A program made the translations under genes and the position numbers. Positions 40,470 through 53,835 of a stretch of 64,000 nt of DNA are shown here, in pieces. The number at the start of each line of letters is the position of its first letter. Position 1 is the first letter of the stretch. This DNA is from Octopus vulgaris (taxonomy: Eukaryota), in NCBI GenBank assembly GCA_951406725.2, contig OX597820.1:73408001-73472000 (forward strand). Reading direction: 5' to 3'. The notes beneath the pieces were generated by a model, which was not told the DNA's origin, ran no database searches, and was given only the letters and a program-made list of their open reading frames with translations.

Positions 40470-40750
40470 TGCGTGGCTTAGTAGTTAGGGTATCCGGCTG
40501 ACAATCTTAAAGTTGTGAGTTGGATTCAAAGCGTTACATTGTATCCCTAAGCAAAACCTATTATTTCTCGCTGCTCCTGAAAAACGAGTTGTACCCGTTA
40601 TTCCAAGGGCCAGCCTTGTCACACTGTCATACAGAATCTCCCCAAGAACTACATTAGGGGCACACGTGTGTCTGTGGAGCGCTTAGCAACAGGCTGTTCC
40701 GTTGATCGAATTAACTGGAACACTCGTCGTCGAAGCCGACGGAGAGCCAT
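40470..40750 (+). mobile_element. SINE family C (diverged)
   Basis: gggccagccttgtcacac ... ggctgttccgttgatcg tail. Confidence 0.7.
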
Positions 40751-42437
40751 GCAGAAACTATATAAAAGGCAGAATATATATGACCTGAATATTTGAAATG
40801 CCTTCTTGCACAGTAGCAGTACATTTGCATAAACACTTTCGCAGACGATGCTATAGTAGAAAACATCTTGCCCCAAGGCGATACTGTGGGATCGATCACA
40901 GAACCATGTGATTGGAAAATACACTTATTAAACTTAACGGCTGTACTTGAGTGCTTCTTCTTCATTTTTCCTTTCCTTTTTTTTTTCTTTTTTTCTGTCT
41001 TTGGTTAATTCTATTCTTCACAAAATTTGAATCTGCTGTTCGCTATTCGATTTCAATTTTTGTCTATACCTATTTCATGCTGCTTTTTTCCTAAAGAGCA
41101 TTGACAATGTAACTGAAGCGGAAGAACTTCAACAAGAAATCGAAACCCTCTCACGGAGTTGGTTCGGTTTGTTTCCCAAGAGATTTGGCGTTAAATCATC
41201 CATCAAAACTTCTCATAAAAAAAAAAATATATATATATAAAAGAAAGCAAAAAAAACAAAAAAACCGTAAATGTACCGAGACAATATAATTCTAAAAAAT
41301 GATAATTTGAGGTCATGTTTCCATGTAGATCTTTCTGCTTCAATAAACATTCACCTTTATTGGTTTTCCGCTAAGTTTTAAAACGAAGTATTTGAGAAAC
41401 GTTGCGCTGGAAAACCTAAAAACAAACATTATTCATTGATATCTCTAAGGAATGATTGCAAGTGGTGCATGGAATAGGTTATATGGAATGTAAGAGGTAA
41501 GTTCATCGAGCGTGACAGCTTACAGTATAAGCGAGATAGAGAGAAGAGATGGTAGCTGGTGGCAGTGGTGATGGGAGGAGGTGTAGTAAGCAAGCTAATG
41601 AGAAAGAAAGAAAAAAAAAGGATTACAAGTTGAAAAGGAGCAAAGAGAGAGAGAGAGACAGCAAGAGAGTGATAGACATAGAGTGGGAAAGAGGGAGAAC
41701 GAGATGAAAGGAGGGGCAGAAGGGAACGAGATAATTTGATAGAATATTGATAAAACGATAAAACTATAGAACAATAACCGGACTAAATGACAGGAGACGG
41801 AAAGTGAAATATGGAGAGGGAGAGAACAGAAAGAAGAGGGAACGCTTAGAGAAGGAGAAGGTAAAGGAAATGGAAACAAGCAGACGATCAGACAGAGAGG
41901 CAGGCGGACATGCTGACTGCTAGATGGACATAGAGCAGATGGCTAAAATTTTAAAGGGCTGTAGATACGGAGAGATATGGAGAAAAAGAATGATGTCGAT
42001 AAATAAATAAATAGATAGGACAGGTCGTTTATGTGACATGAAGAGAGAGAGAGAGAGAGAGAGTATAAGATAGAAACAGACAGAAAGCTGGCTATATTAG
42101 TTAGAGAGATTGGTAGATGTGAACAACGAGAAAGAGCAGTGAGAGAGAAAGAGGGGAGAGAGAGAGAGAGAGAGGGTAGGAATATACAGAAAGTAAGGAA
42201 AATTAGGAAAATAGATAAATAAATAAATAGATAGAGACAGAGATATATATATATAGTTAGATATGAGCAAAGAGAAAGAGCAGTGAGAGACGGTAGAGAG
42301 AGAGAGAGTAAGAATATACAGAATGTAAGGAAAATTATGAAATACAGAGATGATAGATAGATAGATATGAACAAAGAGAAAGAGCAGTGAGGAGGGGGAG
42401 AGAGAGTAGGAATATACAGAAAGGAAAGAAAATTATG

Positions 42438-42508
<71 letters not shown>

Positions 42509-43244
42509 GCAGCATATTAAAAGCGCAGTGGCAACAAAGCGGGTTATGTGTGAACCCAGCGGACTTTATTATAATCCAAGTGACACAGAAGCAGGAATGA
42601 GATGCTATAACTTTATATCGTTTAAGCCTTCCTTGCTGGACTCGTATGACAAACCTATAGAAATTATTGACATTATAACTTGCCAACGTCTCGTGTTATC
42701 AGGTGTGAGATTCACTTTGTTCGTTTATTTTAAAGCCTTTTGTCAATATTAATCTGAATGCCTCTTTCAGAAATCGAGATAAGGTAAATAAGGCAAAAGA
42801 ATGAGGGAGAGAGAGAGAGAGAGGTGGGGGACCTTTTGTCATACAATAGGATATTGTAATTGTTCTTTACGGTATGATGATACTCTTTAATTTATGGCTC
42901 AGCATTGCACAATGTTTGAACAGAGAAACCAAATCCTGGAGAAAGAGGAAATCGTGTTGCAAGCTGATATATTTCATTGTAAAACTATAACAGATTGGCG
43001 AAATTCGTGGCCCCGCTTCGTTTTTGTTGTTGCTTTCTCTTTACTTGTTTCAGTCGTTGTACTGAGGCCATACTGGGGCACCGCCTTGAAGGATTTTAGT
43101 CAAACTGATTGACCCAGTACTTCTGTAAAGTCTGGTACTTTTTTCGTCTGACTCTTTTGACGAACCCTTAAGTTACGGGAACATAAACTAACCAAGCGGT
43201 GTGGACCAAATACGGACATAAAGATACACGTGCGCGCGCACATA

Positions 43245-43535
43245 TATTTTGCATTCTGTTCTTTTTACCTTTGCCTTTACATGGGACAAACTGGTCAACG
43301 CCTGCTTAGATGACCGTTCTACAGGGCACTTACGGGACATTAGACTCAGTAATGACACCCCAATTTCGCGCTACTTCTGCTCGGCTGGTCATTCCCTTCA
43401 ACATATGTCAGTGTTCGAACTCGTCTGGCACACAAACCCCTCAGACTCTCGTCTCCGTCTAGAGCAGGAATTGTTATTTTTTCTTTCTAACTTTCACCCC
43501 CATCGGTCTAAATTCTCAACCCCTTTTCATTTAAC
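43245..43535 (+). mobile_element. Penelope-like element, GIY-YIG endonuclease remnant (3' region continues to ~44635)
   Basis: LYMGQTGQRL / DRSTGHLRDIRLSNDTPISRYFCSAGHSLQHMSVF...RLRLEQELLFFL (frameshifted). Confidence 0.8.
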
Positions 43536-43659
43536 TCTACGTTTTTCCATTTCACACACCATCTGCATCTTACGCTCCATTACATTCCGCCTTACACCCA
43601 CATCAAACCGTTTAGCAAAAATTCCATCATACACAGCAACACGTTTAAACAGCATACAT

Positions 43660-43730
43660 TTCTCGTTAGTATAGTCGTAGGTATGCCCGCCTGTCACGCG
43701 GGAGACCGGGTTCGATTCCTCGCCGGGGAG
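43660..43730 (+). tRNA. tRNA-Asp-GTC: tRNA-Asp(GTC)-like gene, probably a pseudogene
   Basis: ttctcgttagtatagtcgtaggtatgcccgcctGTCacgcgggagaccgggttcgattcctcgccggggag; anticodon arm intact, D-loop GG altered, T-arm 1-nt deletion, acceptor-stem mismatch. Confidence 0.85.
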
Positions 43731-44635
43731 GCATTATTCTTTGGGTTAGATGGGTGATGATGAAGGAACAAAAACTCCCGAAAATGGCATATACGCCCAA
43801 TACCCATTTTTTTTACGGAAGGTGGTGCTCCAGCATGGCCCAGCCTCTGGCTGAAACCAATAAAAGAATAAACGAATACACTTGCTGCTACTCTTACACA
43901 CGTAATAGCACCTACACTTCAATCGCAGTCCAACATGCCACCCATATACACACATACAGTAACAAGAATATTTAAACACACCTGCACTTCCCTGTCCTTA
44001 CACATACTTATGTCACCTCGATTTCCCCAAACACGTCTACCGAGTATGACACACACGGTAGCCTCATATACTCATATACACACACACACGCACGCACACA
44101 TACGCCAGGTTTACATTTGTTCCCCTTGTCACTCTCGCCTAAAGTGACCTCTGCACCACTTCCAGTCACTTCACCATGCTGTGGTGGTTGTATACATATG
44201 CATTCCTTTTCTCCGTTTAATTTCTCTGTTTGATGTGGGGGTGTGGTGGGGTTCTTGCTTTGTTTTTGTTTTGCTTTTCCCCCTCCTTGCCTATCCTTTC
44301 TTTCAGAAAAATAAAGCGTATAGTCCAAAATGTAAAAGACTTTTCCTCCCTTTTCCCTCCACTATTTCCTAAACACCAATTGAAAACGCTGTTTGATTTT
44401 TTTTTCTTACCTCGTCTTTGTCTTATATATTTTACAAAGATTATCTACTCTTTCTCCCTTTTCCTCCTCTCTGGACTTTTTCCTTTCTTCGACGAAGCGC
44501 TCTGCTCGAAACGTCGATCCTGTTCGTCCATCTAAAACTTACCCTGACTGTCAGTTTCATATATTCACTGTGTATGTCCAAATTGACTTTTGCTGCTTTT
44601 TTCCTTGTTTATTCTTTTTATTTTTTATTTCGCGT

Positions 44636-44793
44636 AGGCAAGACTGTGTGGTAAGAAGCTTTCTTCCAAACCAAATAATTCCGAGTTCAGTCCCACCACG
44701 TGGCACCTTAGGCAAGAGTTTTCTACAATAGCCTTGGGTCAACCAAAGCCTTGTGAGTGGATTTAGTGGACGGAAACTGAAAGAAGCCCGTCG

Positions 44794-44832
<39 letters not shown>

Positions 44833-45030
44833 TTATCCCCCCACTATCGCTTGACAACCGATGTTGTTCGGTTTGCATCCCCATAACTTAGCAGTTCAGC
44901 AGAAGAGACCGATAGAATAAGTACTAGGCTTACAAAGAATAAGCCCTGGAATCGATTTCGTCGACTAAAACCCTTTAAGGTGGTACACCAGCATGGCCGC
45001 AGAGTAACGACTGAAACGTGTAAAAGAGTA
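44636..45030 (+). mobile_element. SINE family B, followed by an inverted 5'-half copy at 45065-45230
   Basis: Homology to the B pattern. Confidence 0.9.
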
Positions 45031-45469
45031 TTTGTGAGTGTGTGTGTGTGTGTGTGTGCATATATATGACGGGCTTCTGTACATTTTCCGTTTCCCAAAT
45101 TCTCTTACAAAACATTGGTCGACCCGGGTCTATAGTAGAAGACACTTGACCCATAGTCTGCGCAGTGGAATTGAACACGAAATCATGTGATTGCAAAGCG
45201 AGCCCTTTAACCACACAGCTACACCTGCGTCTGTCGAGTAAATGTTTCCTTATTAAATAAGCAGTCAGTTGCAACCTGTGCGGCAACATTGATTTAGTTT
45301 TCGCATTGGAACAATAAACGTTTATGATAATTGACTTAGAAGAGGAAATAAATTAAGAAAAATACTCGCAAGAGACAAAATGGGTAAAAGAGAGGAAGAA
45401 ACATTGGTAAATTGAGGAAGAATTGAGAGAATGTTTGTGTCCATGTATGGAGACACAGAGAGAGAGAGA

Positions 45470-45990
<521 letters not shown>

Positions 45991-46464
45991 GAGAACAATG
46001 TATAAGCGAATCAAATTTGCTTCAGAAGTCAATATATTAGAAACCAGCAGAAATTTGATGTGCCTCTTTTAATATAAACCCAGTTATTATATCTATCTAG
46101 AATCCCCAGAAGAGTTCACCAATATTTCATAACCATTATATTAACCTGGCACCATGTTTGTAGAACGAAAATTCAACCCCAACATATAATAAAGTCAAAG
46201 AAATTACCATAGCTTCTTAACCCTTCCATATTTCTTTTGACAGATAAATATACGTTTTGTTTGAGAAACTATCTGTTCCATGCGAACAGGGTTTAAGCCG
46301 TGTATATTTTCAGTTGACAGAATATATATATAAATATATATGTATGTGTATATATGCTTGAGTGTGTGTATATGTAAGCTTACGTAGTAGAAATACAAAC
46401 ATTTCGAATTTGGCTATTTCTTCCCTAGATTGCAAAGAACGATGAGCAGTCTTAATCAGAGGTG

Positions 46465-46515
<51 letters not shown>

Positions 46516-47013
46516 CACTTGACCAGTACCAGGGAAACAAGCAGCCGATCCGTTTAAATCGACATTAAATCCAGTCGCTTCAGAGGATCGGCGTTCTTAA
46601 TTTGTATGCTGTTAGTGTTGGAAACTTTATTTATACATATGTTCATATAAACATACATACATACATACATGCACATCCATAGATACGCACATGTACACAT
46701 ACATACGCACACGTACATGCATACATACACACATACATACATAAATAAATGCATACAAGCATACATACATACATATACATATACATATGTGCATGCATAC
46801 ATGCTTACATACACACACGCGTCCATATATGCATGCATACCTATATACATACGCACGCGCATACATACATGCATACATACGCATGCACGCACGCATACAT
46901 ACACACATACATAAATAAATACATATACGCATACATACATACAGATACATACATACATACATACATACATACATACATACATACATACATACATACATAC
47001 ATACATACATACA

Positions 47014-47305
47014 CATTGAAATTCATATTTCATACCAGTAATAATTGGAACACTAGGTTGTGTTAGTAAATGCTTAAAGGAGAATCTGGATAAAATGGGA
47101 TTTTCAGAAAGAGAAATCGACCGGCTAATTCGTACATTACAAATGCAATCTGTGAGCGGAACATTAAAAATATGCAACACTTTTCTCAAGTTCTAAATGC
47201 GAATTTGTCTGTGTTAACTACATCCCCAAAACGGAGTCTTGTATCTTAGTTGGAAACCGGCTCCCTCTTCAGTGGAAGAGTTATAATAATCATAAAATAG
47301 GAGAT
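47014..47305 (+). mobile_element. 3' end of an RLE-type LINE, copy 3
   Basis: 47029-47196 FIPVIIGTLGCVSKCLKENLDKMGFSEREIDRLIRTLQMQSVSGTLKICNTFLKF* (PIIxGxLG...Q...GT..I, typical of the RLE C-terminus); (TACA)n on both sides. Confidence 0.8.
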
Positions 47306-47812
47306 ACATACATGCATACGTATATACATACGTATATACATACATGTGTGATATACATAGTGAAAAGGCAGCATAACAAAATGGCTAACTAGTTCCCTTC
47401 GTATTCGCGAGTTCTTGAGTTGCATCCTGTACTGTAGCTTCTTGCCTTGGATCAAGCAACATAGTCACTGAATAGACAGATACTTTGCAGAAGCCTCTGA
47501 GTGTGTGTGTGTGTGTGAACTGTACGTATTCTGAATAAAAAACGGAAATCCTCTGCGAATCCTATTGAGCAATAGTTGTCAACTAGGATCCAGATGATCC
47601 TTGGAGGGAGTAAGGAGTCCGTGTGACCTTTGGGGGTTTATCTGACCCTTGAGAGTTCAGAATATAAGGTTTCAGTGTTAAAATTTTATGTGCAATAAAC
47701 TTGGTTTACTCCACTGTCATGTTTTTGTTCCCAACTTTGACCCTCCATAAATTCTAAATTTCATTTTAGAATTTATGGGAGCAACTGTCTTTGAAGACTC
47801 ATATATATATAT

Positions 47813-48017
47813 ACGTCGGGCTTCTTTCAGTTTCGGTCTACCAAATCCACTCACAAGGTTTTGGTCGGCCCGAGGCAATAGTAGAAGACACTTGCCTAAG
47901 GAACCGATAGAATAAGTACTTGGCTTACAAAGAATAAGTCCCGGGGGTCGATTTGCTTGACTAAAGGTGGTCTTCCAGCATGGCTGCAGTCAAATAACCT
48001 AAACAAGCAAAAGAATT
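47813..48017. mobile_element. Internally inverted SINE-B
   Basis: 47813-47900 is an antisense 5'-middle part, joined to the sense 3' part at 47901-48017. Confidence 0.75.
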
Positions 48018-49285
48018 AGCTCATAGCATAAGATGCAGGAATTTTTAATCAATGGAGTATGTTAAACTGTTGAAAGTTTTCGCTGACGCTAATTATTTAC
48101 TTGGACACGTGTGGTGTTGTTTTGTTTGTGAATGTGTGTGTGTATGCGTGTATGTGCATGTGTGTACGCATATATGTCGTGTGTATGTTTGTGTGTATGC
48201 GTGTGTGCATGTCAATGTGTCTGTGTGTGTGTGAATGTTTGTGTGTGCATGTGTGCGCGTATGTGAGCTTGTGTGAGTGTGAATTTGTGTGCGTATGTGA
48301 ATTCGTGTGCGTGTAGAATTATCGGTATTCTTTGATATATATAGAAGTTACCAGTACACAACTATACGTTTGCCATTCTTATAACGATAGAAGTAAAAAA
48401 ATATCAAAACTACACAAAACCGAAATATAACTAAAAAAAAAATTTTTTTAAAGAAACAAAAAAGGAAAAAAAATAACAAAATAACTAACCTTAGAAAACT
48501 GACAATTATTTCCACAGAAAACGACAGACGTAAAATTACAGATTTTTTTTTTTAAACGCTTCAACGTCCTCTTTTTTTATATCTGTATAACTTAAATCCA
48601 ACTTCGACCGCATCATTATATATCTATATTACATCGCATCATTATATCTATGTAACTTCAATCCAGCTTACGCTACATTATTCGCGTCATTATATATCAC
48701 CCACATCGTTTTACGCGATCGTATGTGGTTCTAATTGCCTTATAGTACTAATCAAATCAATTTACACTACATCAGACTACTGTATCCCACTCCGCCTCAT
48801 TTTCGACATGTCCCATGCATCTGAATAAAAGTTACTACCGCCTCGTTATACGACATCCTTGATACCACTCTACGAAACATCAACGTTCTCAACAACACTT
48901 TTACAAACTTCAGAAAGACGTGATGGAATGATTTAGTTTTAGAATTGACAACACCACAGCTATCAAACATAGACACTGCAGTGGCCGAGGAGGTAGGAGG
49001 TTGCATTCCCGATTTAGCGATCGTGTGTTCGATTCACGAACCGAGCGGTGCATTTTGTTCTTGAGCAAAACACTTCATTTCTGATCCTCTAACGGTAAAG
49101 CCTTCCGATCGGGGGCAGGTGGAATCTTGGCCTACTCGCTTAGCCAGTGGGGTGTAGCCACTCGAAAGCTAAAACAAGTCAAAACACATCGTGACCAGCG
49201 ATGTGTAACAACATCCGATAGCGTGATACTATGACACACATACACACACATATTTTTAAAAGAAAAAAATTTAAGTTATTAACTA

Positions 49286-49426
49286 TTAGGTTGTCCCAAA
49301 AGTTCGTAAACACTTACGAAAATTGAATTTTTACTCGCCAAGTACTAACAAAAACAACAAAAATTATTCCTCAAAATAAAGACTATTATTTTCCAAGACT
49401 TTCTACGAACTTTTGGGACAACCTTA
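49286..49426. mobile_element. mariner-type MITE (141 bp)
   Basis: TA|ttaggttgtcccaaaagttcgta ... tacgaacttttgggacaacctta|TA; 23-bp TIR, one mismatch. Confidence 0.9.
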
Positions 49427-49479
49427 TATTTAAAAAATAATAAATCTCTGAACGAGGTATAAACAGTAACTGCACGACA

Positions 49480-49689
49480 ATGTGAGGTATATTTGCCATC
49501 TCAATATGGCTAACCACTAAGGGTGGGTGTTACTGTAGCTTGTAGCCCCAGGAGGACATCGTCTCCAGTTGGCTTTAGGCGAAAGTGTGCCTAAAGCCAG
49601 CTGAAGACGATGTTCTCCTGGGGCTACAAGCTACAGTAACACCCACCCTTAGTGGTTAGCCATATTGAGATGGCAAATATACCTCACAT
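49480..49689. repeat. Near-perfect palindrome, 101-bp arms, 8-nt loop
   Basis: 49480-49580 versus 49589-49689, three mismatches. Confidence 0.95.
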
Positions 49690-49829
49690 ATTTAAAAAAT
49701 ACATCTACGGAACTAAATATCACAAACATTTAGGAAAGAAGTTTACGCATAGTGCGTATGTTTATGTGTACGCGCTTTCGCTGTTCAACTTTTCAAAAAC
49801 ATGTGTTCTAGGCTAATGCTTGTAGAGGA

Positions 49830-51055
49830 AGTTGCTTTTACAAATGGTGTTGCCTATTTCCCGTATAGTTTCGGATTTAGAATTACTATGAGGTATTTTT
49901 CTTTTCCTTTCGCAGTTGATCATTTTCGTTTTTTTATATTTTGTAGAAAGGATATATTTTGAATATTCCATTTGCACAAATATACGGATGTTTACTACAT
50001 GTAATATTTCTAAAGATGACTCTTTAACTTGCTGTTGGTGCACGTTCACACGGCTTGTCAATTTTGTTCTTGTTTCTCCAATGTATTTCTCGTTGCATTG
50101 TGGGCATGTGATACAGTAGATGAGATCTCTTGTTTCGCAAATCATGTTTGCATTCACTTTTACTTAATTCCTTCCCTTTCTTGAATTTTTTGGTTGTTCC
50201 CTGTTCAATTATTTCACATGCTTCACATCGAGGGTCTCAACAGATTATTACCCGCATTAGTTCTTTCCCAATGTGGATTTGGTGGTTGTCTGCGGTTGTT
50301 GATGACCTGTGATTTTTTAAAACTATTTGTCGGAAATTCGATGATTGATGTAGAATTGGGAGGTATCTTTTTGGCCGAATGTAGAATGTTGTGTTTCCAA
50401 GGATTCTGGGCGACTACAAATGGAATATTTGTATTTGTATTTTTGTTTCCGACCTCTATGTAAATGTTTCTCTGGTTGGCTGGTTTTGAGATTTCTTTCA
50501 CTCTGATTATAGCATTATTTATTAGGTTAAGATATTTCTGTTTTTTAAGGAACGTGTTTCGCTTTACCAATCGTTTCTCTCGCCTCTTCGTGTCTGTAAA
50601 TATTGAGCATGTACGTCTTGCAACACTGAATTGTATGTTCCTTTTCGTGTAGGAAGGGTGGCAAAATCTAAAATCTAATTATTTGGAGTGTGTTTGTGTT
50701 CTTGCAGTAGAGATCGGTTGTAACTATATCATTTTCCTTAATTATTAGAATGTCCAGAAAAGGGAGTTCCTTTTCATTCATTTCCTTAGTGTACTGAATC
50801 GATTCATGAATGCTGTTTATTAATTTAAGGAATCTTGCAAGCCCTGCCCCACCTTACTTTTTTTTAATTCCAAAATATGAAGCAGTCATCTAAGAAACTT
50901 TTCCAGTTCTCAATTAAATAGCATTGGAAATGTTAATCAAAAGTAATTCTAGATTTTTCTTCCAGGTATTCCATAACTGATGTTGCAAACGTCGATGTGA
51001 CTTTCGTTCCCATGGCTGTGCCTCGTAGTTGTAAATTAAATCTTTCTTTAATTAT
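49830..51055 (-). mobile_element. Penelope-like retroelement (RT plus GIY-YIG), 5'-truncated and frameshifted
   Basis: QLRGTAMGTK, FLDDCF, LPFLDI, TDLYCK, HPS..KRNI; EN: LIYCITCPQCNEKYIGETRTKLTSRVNVH. Confidence 0.9.
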
Positions 51056-51323
51056 TGTCACTGTAACAAGTATGTTTTTTGCAAAACATTTACACACACA
51101 CACACATATATATATATAGTTTTATTGTTTTCCTAGTTTTAGTCATTAAACTAGTTCCATGGTGAAACATTCTCTTCTAGGTTGTAGTTGGTTACATTGA
51201 ATCCATTTCAGAGTTCCCTCGATAGAATGTGCCATGTATCAGAAAATAAACAGTGTTAAGTTGTCCTGTAATTTTCGTTAATATTTCAGTGATAAGGCTC
51301 ATTTGGTCCTCGTAATTTGCATC

Positions 51324-52690
51324 ATGACATCAATGAAAATTTTAAAAACCAAAGATTAAGCATGCGTGATCCTATCTGTGAACAAAACAGTCGATGTTAT
51401 TGGGAAATCAGAGAGTCGTGCTTCGATTGGAACAGTTTGTGAAAAGATTGGTGTTTAAGAGAAGTGTTGATAGATTCACTACATTTTCTTGAAAATACAA
51501 TTTTGATGCAAATTCTCAATCTTCCACTAGTGAAAGGAAGCGTTTGAAAGCTACAAAAGATACGAACCGTTGCAAATGCAGAGATAAAATGATTTTTTTC
51601 ACTTCGTCACCGCGTCTTCGACGATTCTGTGGTAACAATGTTTGTGATGCAGAAATTCAAAGTACTGCAGCCAAACATGTTAAACATATGGGTATCGACA
51701 ATTCCATAGCTAGTGATGGGTATTTAATAATTGCCATAGAAATGATAATAAAAGTATGCATAGTGAAGCGCGTAGTACACCATCCTAGGGAATCGAATCG
51801 CGTTAAAGATATCAACTGACTTAATTAACATTGAAATCTTAACTCCCTACTGGGAAAATCGGGTAAAACTGAATTGTATTGGCATTCATTACTCAAAAAT
51901 AGCCGAGATGTTAAAAATAAACCCTGCACACCTCATGCTAAATAAGCATTTTTGCAAATGCAGATGTTGTGGGCCACATGACATAATATCACACCTACAA
52001 TTGAAGGGATCACCACTCTTAGTGGGAGAATAAAGATATTTCTTAGCAAGGTGATTTTGAAGAATTTGAGGCAAGAAACCTTCATTTTAATACTTCAAGT
52101 TGTAAGTGAGAGAGATATCAGTGAAGACGACATCAGAACCTGGCGAGAAGACGTAGAGAGGGGACCCTGGATGTCGAGTATTAATAGAAGACATAGCAGA
52201 GTGTGTTCTTGTTGGTAACTACAGAGATACAGAGAATGATGAAAATGATAAACCAGCCCAAGAAATTCATGCTTTCTTTTACAAAGGAATCCTTTGATTG
52301 CGTTATTTTGTACTTTTGACTTGTCAAAAGAAACCAATATTCAGTAATACTCACATTATCTTTGAACTTATTTCAAAAGAAATCACCAGGAAGGTATACA
52401 ACTGAAACTCGACATCTCTTTCAGCAGCGATGTTGCAGTTGTTAAGCTTGCTGACGACAATACTGATGAACCAACGGCAACGATCTCAGCCCCTCTTCAA
52501 ACACGTCAGCCTTCTACAAGTGGGAGACCAGCCTCAATGGAGTTTCATAGCTCTGCGACCACACAAAGACAAATGACTTCTATCTCCATCCTAACGCTAC
52601 ATCAGCCTTATCTGTTATCTCCTACAAAAATGAAATTAACAATTTACAGTATCAACATTAAAATTTCTTTTTAATTTTTACATACAGTGA
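51324..52690 (+). pseudogene. pogo/Tigger (Jerky/CENP-B-like) transposase relic with internal deletion
   Basis: ILSVNKTVDVIGKSESRASIGTVCEKIGV (HTH_psq-like), ERKRLKATKD, EIQSTAAKHVKHMGIDNSIASDGYL, KTELYWHSL, FANAD, DFEEFE, EDDIRTWREDVERDPG, QLKLD, QPSTSG. Confidence 0.75.
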
Positions 52691-52799
52691 TGAGTTTATG
52701 AAATATTCAAATGCTCTATATCGATAAGAATGTAATACCAATTTAAATATTTGTAGTATTTTTGCAATTCTGTTATTGTTTATTGTGTTCAGCGTACAG

Positions 52800-52886
52800 C
52801 GTATATAATTCCAATATCGTATACCGCACGTAATTTCAATATTGTATTCATATACCGCACGTAATTTCAATATTGTATTCATATAC
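52800..52886. repeat. 31-bp tandem repeat, 2-3 copies
   Basis: atataccgcacgtaatttcaatattgtattc. Confidence 0.8.
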
Positions 52887-53795
52887 GGTTAACTCTTAGC
52901 ATCTATTAAATCGAACATTCGTTTAAAATAGACACCGTTCTCCTTTACTTAAACGACTTTAACGAAAGTACACTGTACTTGATTCATCATTGACCTAGTA
53001 AAAGTGAAACGGAAGGTGGTTATGAGTGGGATTTGAACTCCGAACGTAACCAAAAATCACTATATATTTTTTTATATCTGGTGTTCTAAGTGTGCGTGTG
53101 TATGTATGTGTAGGTGGAGGTAGGTGAGGGGTACAGACACGCACAAAAAAGCCATGCATGTCTCCGAAGCAATTAAACTCGTAATCTTATTTGTCTTACA
53201 ACGAAATCAAGGAAAGATCAACCACGTTGATCAAAGAAAGTAAGGGCAAACCGAACGGATTGAAAAGTATTTAGAACAATCCCTGTGGCAATTTTAACAA
53301 ACGAAAGCGTAGGAGAAACTTCGCGAATGAAAAAATCTGTATAGTAAATGAAAGGAAATGTCTACAATACATGTACATGACTCTACATTCATTTACTATT
53401 ACGAATTGGGTCGACTTTTAAGATGAGTGCAAAAATATGAGAAAAACATCGGGCCAGTTTGCTTAAGCAATATATAAAGAAGGTTGTTATTTTAGATGTA
53501 AAGATAAGCCGAAAAAAGAAAAAAGAAATAATGATAACAAGCTGGAAATACAATCATTTGATGTTTCCTCATTCATCTTGGGATGAATATCAAAATGTTA
53601 TCTCACAATATACGTATGGGTCGTATTTCTTAGATAAGAATCCAATACTAATTTCAATATTTATATAACGATTGTCCGATATTAGATCTCTTTTTGTTAT
53701 AACTAATATTCAGAATATAAGTGATAATAAAGAACATTAACATCCTTTTTATTACAATAAATTCTTACATAAAAAATACCACCAACAAAAAATAC

Positions 53796-53835
53796 CTTTG
53801 AATCTTTGATGTATCCAAGTTGGCTTCGGAAATTT
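53796..53835 (-). other. Candidate 40-nt internal exon
   Basis: Minus strand ttccttttcattctaaatctgcag|AAATTTCCG...TTCAAAG|gtattt; reads KFPKPTWIHQRFK in phase 0. Confidence 0.35.

Noticed and set aside
41097-41167. Plus-strand exon candidate SIDNVTEAEELQQEIETLSRSWF
   Set aside because: Weak donor, no partner exons found, and it resembles a LINE RT fragment (LQxDLDxLxxW)
41595-42510. 247-aa and 94-aa L/S/F-rich ORFs
   Set aside because: Purine-rich low-complexity and (GATA)n tandem sequence
46100-46185. CAGAAGA-gttc...gaac-GAAA-at-TC
   Set aside because: Core U4 altered and no stem I; too weak
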